Shown here: positions 14,758-24,043 of the stretch, piece after piece
Layout: each line of letters starts with the position of its first letter
Numbering within the stretch: the stretch's first letter is position 1
NCBI GenBank assembly: GCA_017964105.1
Contig: JAGCSP010000003.1
Coordinates: 1-31,020, forward strand
Direction: 5' to 3'
Origin: Clostridia bacterium
Lineage (GTDB): Bacteria; Bacillota; Clostridia; Christensenellales; UBA1242
DNA: 31,020 nucleotides
The notes under the pieces: generated by a model
What the model was told of the DNA's origin: nothing
The model's database searches: none
The model's input: only the letters and a program-made list of their open reading frames with translations
Made by a program: the position numbers and the translations under genes

Positions 14758-16673
14758 AATACAACAAAAAGAAATTATACTTAATAATTCCAATAGTGCT
14801 ATTTTTGGGATTGCTTGCAATATTCATAAAAGATATTATTCAAATGCTCCCACTAATTAAAAACGCAGATGAAGAAAGTGTTCGTGCAGCGCTTAGCACA
14901 CTTGGGCCAAAAGGTGCAATTGTGATAGGTTGCATTGTGGCTGTGCAATTACTCATAGTATTTATGCCATGCGAATTTATGGAAATTATGAGTGGTGTGG
15001 CATATGGTCCATGGTGGGGCACACTAATTTGCCTAACTGGAGTAATAGTTGGTGCAAGCTTGATATATGCACTAATTAACGTGTTTAATGTCAAATTAGA
15101 GGTACTTTTTGCCAAAAGCAAAAGTTATGAAACAATTTCAAAATTGTCACGAAGTACAAAATCAATAGGTAAATTATTACTTATACTATTTTTCTTGCCT
15201 GCAATTCCACTTGGTGTAATATGTTATTTTGGTTCCACCACAAACCTAAAATATCATTGGTACATTCTAATAACTGCAATTGGTGCATTGCCAAGTATTG
15301 TTATTGATACTGTTCTTGGTCATGTGTTTGTGGCAGCAATTGGCAAGTACTTTTGGTGGATACTAATAGCAGTTGTGTTATTTGCAGTGATTGCAATGTG
15401 GCTTGTAAAACTCTACACAACAAAGAAAATGAATATTGCACTATATGGCACAAAAAACCCAACGGTAGATATGGTGCTAGATAATCATAAACCAAGCTCA
15501 CCAAAGGTAACACATATTTGGTTCTTAACAAGAGTGGCAAGACACCTAAAACGCAAATATAATGTAAAAGTAAATAATGAAGAAACAAAAAATCTAAAAG
15601 ATCCTTTTATTGTACTTAGTCCACATGGGTGTTGGGCAGATTTCTTGCTAACATTCCTTGCAATCAAACCTTACAAAACGCACATCATGATGAATGCATA
15701 TTACTTGTACAATAAAAAGACTCAGGGAATACTTCTTGATACAGGCGTAATTCCTAAAAAAATGTTTGCTAATGACTTAAAATCAATCAAAGATTGTATG
15801 GCTGTAGTAAAAAATGGTGAAAGCATTCTTATGATGCCAGAAGCACGACTAAGTATTGATGGAGCAAATCAACCATTTGCACATGGCCTTGGCAAACTTA
15901 TAAAGAAATTAAACATACCAGTAATTACAATTGAATCTCATGGCGCATACTTATCTATGGCAAAGTGGGTGGAAACAAAACGCAAAGGTGCAATTGAAAT
16001 TACCACACATTTAACCTTGACCCCAGAAAAGATACAAGAACTAAGTGCAGACGAAATTGATGATATTTGCGCAAAAGCACTTGCATTTAATGATTTTGAA
16101 TGGGTAAAAGATTCGCCATATGTGTTTAAGGGCAAAAACATGCTAGAAGGCGCAGAAAACCTAATATACAAGTGTCCAAAATGTGGTCATGAATATACTC
16201 TAATTGCAGATAAAAACACAATTACATGTACACACTGCGGTTTGCAAGTGAGTATGAATGGAAAGTATCAATTTATCAATCCATATGGCAATATTCACAA
16301 CTTGCAAGATTGGTATAAGTACCAAAGAGTAGAAGCACAAAAGGTATATGATAGTGGCAACTTCAAATTGGAAACAGAAGTGGTTTTGAAAACATATGAC
16401 GACTATGGTAAAGGTATAGTGCCAGTTGGCGAAGGAAAGTGCGTGCTAGATAAAGATGGCTTGCGTTATGATGGCACATTCAAAGGCGAAGAGCATCATT
16501 TAGCTATACCTGCCCACGCAATGCAAGCATTGCCATTTGGTTGCGGTGAAGATTTTGAAACGTATTGGGATAATATCTTTTATTATTTTGTTCCAAAAGA
16601 AAATAAAGCACAATGCGTGCAATGGGGAATATATAGCGACATTATGATACAAAATGCTAAAAAAGATGAATAG
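14754..16673 (+). CDS. Fusion protein: VTT/DedA (TVP38-like) membrane domain + PlsC-type acyltransferase + zinc ribbon
   Basis: N-terminal VTT pattern (P.E...I.SG..YGPWWG...G...GA.L.Y). HX4D motif (HGCWAD) and PEARLS block. CPKC...CTHC zinc ribbon. Confidence 0.8.
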   Translation: MKYNKKKLYLIIPIVLFLGLLAIFIKDIIQMLPLIKNADEESVRAALSTLGPKGAIVIGCIVAVQLLIVFMPCEFMEIMSGVAYGPWWGTLICLTGVIVGASLIYALINVFNVKLEVLFAKSKSYETISKLSRSTKSIGKLLLILFFLPAIPLGVICYFGSTTNLKYHWYILITAIGALPSIVIDTVLGHVFVAAIGKYFWWILIAVVLFAVIAMWLVKLYTTKKMNIALYGTKNPTVDMVLDNHKPSSPKVTHIWFLTRVARHLKRKYNVKVNNEETKNLKDPFIVLSPHGCWADFLLTFLAIKPYKTHIMMNAYYLYNKKTQGILLDTGVIPKKMFANDLKSIKDCMAVVKNGESILMMPEARLSIDGANQPFAHGLGKLIKKLNIPVITIESHGAYLSMAKWVETKRKGAIEITTHLTLTPEKIQELSADEIDDICAKALAFNDFEWVKDSPYVFKGKNMLEGAENLIYKCPKCGHEYTLIADKNTITCTHCGLQVSMNGKYQFINPYGNIHNLQDWYKYQRVEAQKVYDSGNFKLETEVVLKTYDDYGKGIVPVGEGKCVLDKDGLRYDGTFKGEEHHLAIPAHAMQALPFGCGEDFETYWDNIFYYFVPKENKAQCVQWGIYSDIMIQNAKKDE

Positions 16674-16694
16674 TTCATACTATTCATTTTTTTT
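16666..16694 (+). terminator. Intrinsic terminator
   Basis: ATGAATAG-TTCATA-CTATTCAT followed by a T-tract. Confidence 0.65.
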
Positions 16695-16775
16695 GTAAAA
16701 TTAGTAGATATATTTGCTAAATAAATTGCATAATGATATAATATGGTATAACTTAAATTTAAGGAGATGAATCAC

Positions 16776-16997
16776 ATGGCAGCAAAAAAGGATTATTTTG
16801 GTTTAGAGTGGATTGTTAGCTTAATTCTTGCTATTATCCCATTCACATCATGGATCTGTGGTGCTTTGACAAGATTCCAAGAGGGCAAACTTGTAGCAGG
16901 TATTATTCGTTTGTTCTTTGGTTTCACAATAATCTGGGTTCTAGATTTAGTATTCATGATTACACAACACCAAATCTGCAGACTTCTAAATGTTTAA
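16776..16997 (+). CDS. Small hydrophobic membrane protein (73 aa), function unknown
   Basis: AAGGAG SD 9 nt before ATG 16776. Own promoter (TTGCTA-17-TATAAT at 16714-16742) and terminator. Two hydrophobic segments. Confidence 0.8.
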   Translation: MAAKKDYFGLEWIVSLILAIIPFTSWICGALTRFQEGKLVAGIIRLFFGFTIIWVLDLVFMITQHQICRLLNV

Positions 16998-17007
16998 TTT
17001 AGTAAGC

Positions 17008-17039
17008 AAAAAAGCACACCGATAGGGTGTGTTTTTTTT
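17008..17039 (+). terminator. Intrinsic terminator
   Basis: AAAAAAGCACACC-GATAG-GGTGTGTTTTTTTT. Confidence 0.8.
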
Positions 17040-17142
17040 GACTTTATAAATAATATGAAAGAATATTATTTATGATTTACCAATAAAATGTGGTGCTATA
17101 TTGTTGTACAATAGACAGTTTTATTGTATTATATAGAAGTTT

Positions 17143-19392
17143 ATGGATAATTTTGTAAATTGGATAATGAGTCACAATACACTTTTGTATAGCATATTCT
17201 TTGGAATTATGCTTATTTTTGCTTGTGTGTTTATTGTGAGATATTACGTAACAAACAAAAGTAATTTGTCGGCAAAACAAATTGTGCCACTAGTAATTAC
17301 GCTTGTGCTATTTGCATATAGCTTCGAGCAAATTTCTTGGGGCCATTTTTACAAATTGCTTGGCTTCAATATGTTTACATTCTATTTCTTGCTAGCATTT
17401 TTGTATTACGACAAAATTAGCAAACGCAAAATTACAAATATTGCATTCTGGTTTTTGTTGCTATCATCCATTTTAACATTTATTCTTGGATTTATTCCAG
17501 TATTTGAACAATATTTCTGGTATGGGGCAGAACACAGATTTGCAGGCATTGTGGGTAATCCAAACACACTTCAATTTTGTGTGGCTGTTACTTTGGCTGC
17601 AACACTCACAATATTCTTTAAAGGTGGCATGGGCAGAGTGGAAATGTACTTTAAGTGCTTAACCCTTGCAGGCATTGGCCTACTCACCAAATCAAAAACC
17701 TTTATGGTGATATTTGTGTTACTACTACTTACATATCTAATTTTTGAATTCATTTACCATGCAAAAGTTGCTGCTATTGAGCTTGGCACAATACTAGTGG
17801 TATTTGGCGTGATATATCTCATTTGGGGTAGAGTAATTATAGATTCACTACTTTCTAGATTGTACCTTGACGACACCACATCATTTATCAATGGCATCAC
17901 ATCAGATAGATGGGAATTGTGGGGCAAGTACTTGGGTTCTTGGACAGAAGATACATGGGCACTACTATTTGGCCAAGGATTTAGTTCGCCAGACTTTATA
18001 TATGGTGGCACTCACAACGACTATATCTTTGTGCTATACAACCTTGGCATTATTGGTGGTGTGCTTGTGCTTGGTCTTGGCATATCATACATTGTGGCAT
18101 GCAAGGATAAATTCAAAAATTTCCGCATTTGGAACTTGGTGCCAGTAATTACAATAATTGCAATTTCTTGCACAGAGAATTTGCTAATTCGTGCATTCTC
18201 ACTGCTTAGTGTATTTTGCTTTATGTTCTTGCTTGATAGCGAGAATTACAAAAAGGTGTTTAAAAAATTAAGTGATAGCAAAGTAATGCTAATTTGCACA
18301 ACCGACAATATGATTTGGCAATTTTTATTGCCACATATCAAGGATATGCAAGACGCAGGTGCAGATGTGCATTTGGTTTGCCATAAAACGGGGTTCTGGT
18401 TTGACGAATTAAAAGATATGGGATTTACCATGCACAATATCAATATGAAACGCAATCCTGTAAATCTTACAAACATAATTGCATATTTCAAGTTGTGCAA
18501 GTTACAACGCAAAGAAAAATATGACCTTGTATATTGCCAGCAACCAGTTGGTGGAATGCTTGGCAGATTAGTTGGAGCAAGATTCCGCTTGCCAGTGATA
18601 TACACAGCACATGGATTATTCTTTTACAAGGGTAATAGTAAACTAAAAAATTTTGTGTATAGGTCTGCTGAACGCGTGCTTGCAAGTAGCACAGATGTAT
18701 TCATCACAATGAATGATGAAGATTATAATGCCACAATCAAGTGGCCACCAAAGTTTAAATACAAAATTCATGGCATTGGAATGAATCCAGATAAATATGA
18801 AAAAACAAAATTTATCAAAAATCAATTAAGACAACAGCTTGGCCTTAATGATGGAGATAGATTGGTGATATCTATTGGTGAATTTAGAGGCGTAAAAAAT
18901 TATCCAACCATGGCAAAAGTGATGCAAAAAGTTATGCAAAGTGAACCAGACGTAAAATGGTTAATTTGTGGTACTGGTGCAGATAAGCAAGACATAGAAA
19001 ATCTTGTAGCAGAGTTGGGAATAAAAGACAATGTGAAATTCCTAGGATATCGCAAAGACGTTGATAGAATTGTGCGCATTAGTGATATTATGCTTCACTC
19101 ATCATATCGTGAGGGGCTTACAATGAGTATTATGGAAGTAATGCATTTTGGTCTTCCGGTAGTAACCACAACTTCGCGTGGTAACAAAGATTTAATTGTG
19201 GATGGCGAGGGTGGATTTACTCTTGACCCATTTGATGTGGATGCGCAAAGCGAAGCAGTGATTAAGTTACTAAATAATCCAACGCTCAGAACAAAAATGG
19301 GCAACTTCAATAAACAAGAAGTAAAGAAATACTATTTAGATAATGTTCAAAGCGAACTAAAACAAATATATAAGGATTGTGATTTACTATGA
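17143..19392 (+). CDS. Fusion protein: O-antigen ligase/Wzy_C-like membrane domain + GT4 glycosyltransferase
   Basis: N-terminal ~365 aa is multi-TM with RFAGIVGNPN and HNDY. C-terminal GT-B/GT4 domain with SYREGL...IMEVM..GLPVV. Confidence 0.8.
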   Translation: MDNFVNWIMSHNTLLYSIFFGIMLIFACVFIVRYYVTNKSNLSAKQIVPLVITLVLFAYSFEQISWGHFYKLLGFNMFTFYFLLAFLYYDKISKRKITNIAFWFLLLSSILTFILGFIPVFEQYFWYGAEHRFAGIVGNPNTLQFCVAVTLAATLTIFFKGGMGRVEMYFKCLTLAGIGLLTKSKTFMVIFVLLLLTYLIFEFIYHAKVAAIELGTILVVFGVIYLIWGRVIIDSLLSRLYLDDTTSFINGITSDRWELWGKYLGSWTEDTWALLFGQGFSSPDFIYGGTHNDYIFVLYNLGIIGGVLVLGLGISYIVACKDKFKNFRIWNLVPVITIIAISCTENLLIRAFSLLSVFCFMFLLDSENYKKVFKKLSDSKVMLICTTDNMIWQFLLPHIKDMQDAGADVHLVCHKTGFWFDELKDMGFTMHNINMKRNPVNLTNIIAYFKLCKLQRKEKYDLVYCQQPVGGMLGRLVGARFRLPVIYTAHGLFFYKGNSKLKNFVYRSAERVLASSTDVFITMNDEDYNATIKWPPKFKYKIHGIGMNPDKYEKTKFIKNQLRQQLGLNDGDRLVISIGEFRGVKNYPTMAKVMQKVMQSEPDVKWLICGTGADKQDIENLVAELGIKDNVKFLGYRKDVDRIVRISDIMLHSSYREGLTMSIMEVMHFGLPVVTTTSRGNKDLIVDGEGGFTLDPFDVDAQSEAVIKLLNNPTLRTKMGNFNKQEVKKYYLDNVQSELKQIYKDCDLL

Positions 19393-20534
19393 TTATATAC
19401 TACTTATTATTTGTTATAATTTTGCTTTGTGGATTGTATTCCATTTATGTTAATACAAATGAATATGATAACACATACCATTCAAAAAGTGTTTTAAGAT
19501 TAGTATGTGACAAATTATTTAAGGATTATTTATTTGTCGTACTATTGTTAATTGTCTTTGGTGCATACAGAGGTTTTAGAGTTGGATTAGACAATCCAAT
19601 GTATCTTAGTTACTATCATGCACTTGAAGATAATTTTGCAGCAAACTGGTCACTATATGGATTTGAATTTGGTTATAGGGTAATCAATGCTTTTGCTTAT
19701 GGATTAAATATTGGTTATTTTGGTGTGCAACTTATTTGCACAACAATTATTGTATTGTCGTTTTATAGATTTATTAATACATTTTCACTAAATAAAACAA
19801 TTTCTTGGCTTTTGTTCTTGTGCCTTGGAATATATGCACAATCACTTTGTATAGTAAGGCAAATGCTTGCACTAAGTTTTGTTTTGCATGCAATCATAAG
19901 TTTATACAACAAAAAGTATTTTAGATATGTTATCTACACAATTATTGCTGTGTTATTTCACAAATCTGCGTTAATTACACTTGTGTATTTGCCACTAGCA
20001 TTTATACCTTTAAGTGAAATTAGTGTAGCAATATATACAGCTTGCGCAACACTTGTATCTGTTACATTTATTCCATTATTCAAGCTATTTGTAAAAATAT
20101 TTGATTCAAGGTATGCTTATTACATATTTGGTGACATTGGTGAATTTAATACACCTGTTAGTTTGCCAGATATGTTATTTACAATAGGTATGTTGGTACT
20201 ATTTATTGTTGTATTTCTATTTAAAGATAAATTATCAAAAACAGATCAACTAAACAATAACAAATTCTTAACATTATTTTTGTTTGTACCACTCATTAGA
20301 ATGTTTGGTGCATACATTCAATTTCCAACATTATCACAAAGAATTACACCTTATTTCTTCTTTTCAATAATTGTGATAGTACCATATTATTTAAAACTAA
20401 TTAAAGAAAAATATACCAAGTGGTATGTGCCCGCACTAGTTGTTACTATTGCCGGTGCGCTTGTGTACATGTACTTCTTGTACGCAGTAAAAGTAAGTTG
20501 TGGCGTTGTGCCATATAATTTTGAAATATTATAG
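19389..20534 (+). CDS. EpsG family polysaccharide polymerase (Wzy)
   Basis: R...GLDNPMY, EFGY, IVRQMLA and FHKSA motifs; ~10 hydrophobic segments. Confidence 0.85.
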   Translation: MIIYYLLFVIILLCGLYSIYVNTNEYDNTYHSKSVLRLVCDKLFKDYLFVVLLLIVFGAYRGFRVGLDNPMYLSYYHALEDNFAANWSLYGFEFGYRVINAFAYGLNIGYFGVQLICTTIIVLSFYRFINTFSLNKTISWLLFLCLGIYAQSLCIVRQMLALSFVLHAIISLYNKKYFRYVIYTIIAVLFHKSALITLVYLPLAFIPLSEISVAIYTACATLVSVTFIPLFKLFVKIFDSRYAYYIFGDIGEFNTPVSLPDMLFTIGMLVLFIVVFLFKDKLSKTDQLNNNKFLTLFLFVPLIRMFGAYIQFPTLSQRITPYFFFSIIVIVPYYLKLIKEKYTKWYVPALVVTIAGALVYMYFLYAVKVSCGVVPYNFEIL

Positions 20535-20542
20535 GAGAAAAA

Positions 20543-21262
20543 ATGATACCAAAGATTATTCACTACATTTGGCTAGGTAAAGGTGAAACACCGAAGGTGT
20601 TTGACAAGTGCCTTGCCTCATGGAAGAAATATTGCCCAGATTGGGAAATCAAGCGCTGGGATGAAAGTAATCTTAATATAGACTTGTGCCCATACGTACG
20701 CGAAGCATACGATGCACGCAAATTTGCATTTGCTTCTGACGTATTGCGCCTAGATGTGCTCAATCGCTTTGGTGGAGTATATTTAGATATAGATGTGGAA
20801 CTACTAAAACCCATTGACGAGTTTTTGGATGAGTACGCATTCACTGGCTTTGAAACAAGTGGCTTAATTGCGCCAGGACTAATTCTTGCATGCGAAAAAG
20901 AAAATTTGGATTTTGTAGCAATATTAAACAGTTACAAGTCTCGTCACTTTTTGGTGGACGGAGTGCAAGACACAAAAACCATTTGCCAAACATTTACAGA
21001 GTATTATGAGAAATTTGGTCTAAAAGCAGAGAATATAACTCAAAAAGTAAACAATTTTACTGTGTATGCTAGTGAATATTTTAGTCCATATGATGTAATA
21101 ACAAACAAAAAGAAAATAACATCTAAAACATATTCAATCCATTGGTATAATGCTAGTTGGTATACACCATGGCAAAAGTTTAAACGTGGTTGCAAAAAAT
21201 GCTTAAACTTTGTTTCATTTGGATTGTTTGGTAAAGTGTTACAAAAGGTAAGAAAGAAATAA
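20543..21262 (+). CDS. GT32 (Gly_transf_sug/OCH1-like) glycosyltransferase
   Basis: MIPKIIHYIW, FAFASD..R, GGVYLDIDVE (DxD) and YSIHW motifs. Confidence 0.9.
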   Translation: MIPKIIHYIWLGKGETPKVFDKCLASWKKYCPDWEIKRWDESNLNIDLCPYVREAYDARKFAFASDVLRLDVLNRFGGVYLDIDVELLKPIDEFLDEYAFTGFETSGLIAPGLILACEKENLDFVAILNSYKSRHFLVDGVQDTKTICQTFTEYYEKFGLKAENITQKVNNFTVYASEYFSPYDVITNKKKITSKTYSIHWYNASWYTPWQKFKRGCKKCLNFVSFGLFGKVLQKVRKK

Positions 21263-21469
21263 ATGAAAGATTTAATATCAGTCATTGTACCAGTGTACAA
21301 TGTAGAGAAATATCTTAATAGATGTGTAGATAGTATTTTAAACCAAACATACACAAATTTGGAAGTAATACTAGTGGATGATGGCAGCCCTGATGGCTGT
21401 CCTGCCATTTGCGATGCATACGCCAAGAAAGATAAACGTGTGAAAGTAATACATAAAGCAAATGGAGGG
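21263..21469 (+). repeat. Direct repeat copy 1 (5' 207 nt of GT2 gene)
   Basis: Manual codon comparison with 22262-22468 gives 23 mismatches in 207 nt (~89%) and 67/69 identical amino acids. Confidence 0.85.
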
Positions 21470-22249
21470 GTAAGCGATGCACGTAATATGGGCATTGATT
21501 CAAGCAAATCGGAATATTTAACATTTGTTGATAGTGATGATTGGCTTGAAAAAGATTATATTCAAACTTTAAGCAATTATGTGGATGCTGCGGATTATGT
21601 ATGCTGTGGGCTTACTTGCTGGCTAAATAATACTGGCAACAACTTTGATAATATTATTAGTGGAATTAAAGTAAATAAGAAAAATAACACTGTTATTCGC
21701 AAATGCAAAAAGTTTAGTGGGAACATGGAAAAACAAACAAAAAACTATTTTCGCGCATTTGAAAAAGCAGTAGTGCTTGGGCCAATGTCTAAAATTTATA
21801 AAAAATCTTTAATTACTACTAATTTTATCGTTGGTAGAAAGAAGGGCGAAGATGTGCTATTTAACGTTGCATATTTGAAAAATTGTAAAACAATTTGTAA
21901 TATAGATTATGCTGGCTATAATTATGAGTGCAGAAATGAAAATTCAGCAATACATACAATAAAATTACAAAGTAAAGACGATGATGAGTTTATTGCGGGT
22001 ATACAATCTTTGGCGGATGTGTTTGGCACAAAAGCAAACAAGTATATCAATTCATTTGTTGTGATTGATGCTTTTAAAACTATGTGTGCAGATAATATAG
22101 TGTTAGCATACAAGGATTATTATGCTGCAAACAAGCAAATTATCAAAAATTCAAAAGCAATATTGCTTAAAAATAAAATTTTGCTTTATCTAATAAAGCA
22201 TAGGCACTTTAAATTACTTGCAAAATTAGTAAGACGTAAATTTTCGTAA
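21263..22249 (+). CDS. GT2 family glycosyltransferase
   Basis: ISVIVPVYNVEKYL..C, VDDGSPD, NGGVS.ARN and FVDSDD. Confidence 0.92.
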   Translation: MKDLISVIVPVYNVEKYLNRCVDSILNQTYTNLEVILVDDGSPDGCPAICDAYAKKDKRVKVIHKANGGVSDARNMGIDSSKSEYLTFVDSDDWLEKDYIQTLSNYVDAADYVCCGLTCWLNNTGNNFDNIISGIKVNKKNNTVIRKCKKFSGNMEKQTKNYFRAFEKAVVLGPMSKIYKKSLITTNFIVGRKKGEDVLFNVAYLKNCKTICNIDYAGYNYECRNENSAIHTIKLQSKDDDEFIAGIQSLADVFGTKANKYINSFVVIDAFKTMCADNIVLAYKDYYAANKQIIKNSKAILLKNKILLYLIKHRHFKLLAKLVRRKFS

Positions 22250-22261
22250 AAAGGAAATAAA

Positions 22262-22468
22262 ATGAAAGATTTAATATCAGTCATTGTACCTGTGTACAAT
22301 GTAGAGAAATATCTTAATAGATGTGTAGATAGTATACTTGCCCAAACATACACAAATTTGGAAGTGATACTAGTAGACGATGGCAGTCCAGATGGCTGTC
22401 CTGCTATTTGTGATGCGTATGTAAAGAAAGATAAACGTGTGAAAGTTATTCACAAGGCGAATGGTGGG
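22262..22468 (+). repeat. Direct repeat copy 2 (5' 207 nt of GT2 gene)
   Basis: Partner of 21263-21469, offset by 999 nt. Confidence 0.85.
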
Positions 22469-23194
22469 CAAGGTACCGCACGCAATGCAGGTCTTGATAT
22501 TGCAAAAGGGGATTATATTTCGCTTATTGATTCTGATGATTGGATAGAAAAAGATTTTATTAAAATATTGCATAATTACATTATAAATAATGATGCCGAT
22601 TTAGTTATTTGTAATTATAATGAAGTTAATGAACAAGATCAAATTATAAAACACAGCAATTTACAATATAAAGTATACAAATCAAATAAGTTTGATTTAT
22701 TATTTAATCAAATTGATACTGTACCAGTTATTGTTCCATGGAATAAGTTGTATAAAAAATCCGTGTTTAGCAATTTAAGATATGCTGATACTAGAATATA
22801 TGAAGATGAAGGTATTGCATATCAACTAATTAATAATTGCAAAAAAATAATTGTTGTTAATGATGTTCTTAATAATTATATGATAAGAAGTGGTAGCACC
22901 ATGGATAAGTCGTTGGTGAATGAGCGAATGTTAGGTGTTATTAAAATAATGGAAGAAAGATTAAATTATGTGAAGAATACAGAGTATGAACAATCTGCCA
23001 CAAAAATGTTTTTGTATTCTATATTTTTATCATACATGCGCGTTTACAAAGATAAAGAATTGCGTAATTTAGTATATAAAATTTTTATTGATAATTATAA
23101 ATTTGTAAAAAAATTACCAGTTAAGGATAGATTTAAATATAAAATGTTTAGATTATTTCCTAAAATTATTGTAAATATTAAAAGGAGTCGATGA
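22262..23194 (+). CDS. GT2 family glycosyltransferase
   Basis: Same N-terminal GT2 motifs, plus LIDSDD, PWNKLYK and YEDE. Confidence 0.92.
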   Translation: MKDLISVIVPVYNVEKYLNRCVDSILAQTYTNLEVILVDDGSPDGCPAICDAYVKKDKRVKVIHKANGGQGTARNAGLDIAKGDYISLIDSDDWIEKDFIKILHNYIINNDADLVICNYNEVNEQDQIIKHSNLQYKVYKSNKFDLLFNQIDTVPVIVPWNKLYKKSVFSNLRYADTRIYEDEGIAYQLINNCKKIIVVNDVLNNYMIRSGSTMDKSLVNERMLGVIKIMEERLNYVKNTEYEQSATKMFLYSIFLSYMRVYKDKELRNLVYKIFIDNYKFVKKLPVKDRFKYKMFRLFPKIIVNIKRSR

Positions 23195-24039
23195 TGAATA
23201 TTTTAATGTGCATAAATAATGGTTATGTACACCCAGCGATTAATTTAATGTATTCAATAAGACAGTATACTGAATGTGATATTGATTTGTTTATATTATC
23301 CACTGGTTTAAATGATAATAGTCTAAACGAATTGCAAAAAAAATTAGAAGCAATATCAATCAATGTACATACTTATATATCTAAGGATATTGATATGGAA
23401 CTCAATATAGGAAATAATCATTATAGTGTTGATATGTTTTTAAGGATATTGTCCTTTGGTATTTTACCTAAAAATATTGAAAAGATATTATATTTAGATG
23501 CAGATATTATAGCTTTAGATAATATAGAATTGTTGTATAATCAAAATTTGGGCAATAAACTCCTAGGCGTAGTTGAGGATATAAAAGGAAGTTCAAACAA
23601 AAATGCTGAATATATAAAAACAATAAATATTCAACATAAGTATTTTAATTCCGGTGTAATGCTAATGAATCTATCTGCCATTAGAAAAGAGTGGGATATT
23701 AAAAAAATTAAAGATTACATTTTTCATAATTCTTCAAAGTATAGATATCCAGATCAAGACATGTTAAATGTTTTATGTTCTAATAAGCAATTACAATTTT
23801 TAGATATAAAATTTAATTATCAAATAAGACACAATGAAAGCATAGATATAGATAATGTTGTCATATTACATTATGTGGACAGATTAAAACCTTGGAATGT
23901 TTTTATTATTAAACCTCACGAAAAACTATTTTGGGAAAATTATAAGCTTATAAAATCAAAAGAATTATATCGAATTAGAAAATGTTTTTTAAAGAAAAGA
24001 TTGATTGGAAAGATTAGAAAAGTATTACATTTAAAGTAA
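23191..24039 (+). CDS. GT8 family glycosyltransferase
   Basis: RIL, KILYLDADII, YFNSGVMLMNL, PDQD.LN and ILHY...KPW. Confidence 0.92.
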   Translation: MMNILMCINNGYVHPAINLMYSIRQYTECDIDLFILSTGLNDNSLNELQKKLEAISINVHTYISKDIDMELNIGNNHYSVDMFLRILSFGILPKNIEKILYLDADIIALDNIELLYNQNLGNKLLGVVEDIKGSSNKNAEYIKTINIQHKYFNSGVMLMNLSAIRKEWDIKKIKDYIFHNSSKYRYPDQDMLNVLCSNKQLQFLDIKFNYQIRHNESIDIDNVVILHYVDRLKPWNVFIIKPHEKLFWENYKLIKSKELYRIRKCFLKKRLIGKIRKVLHLK

Positions 24040-24043
24040 ATAT

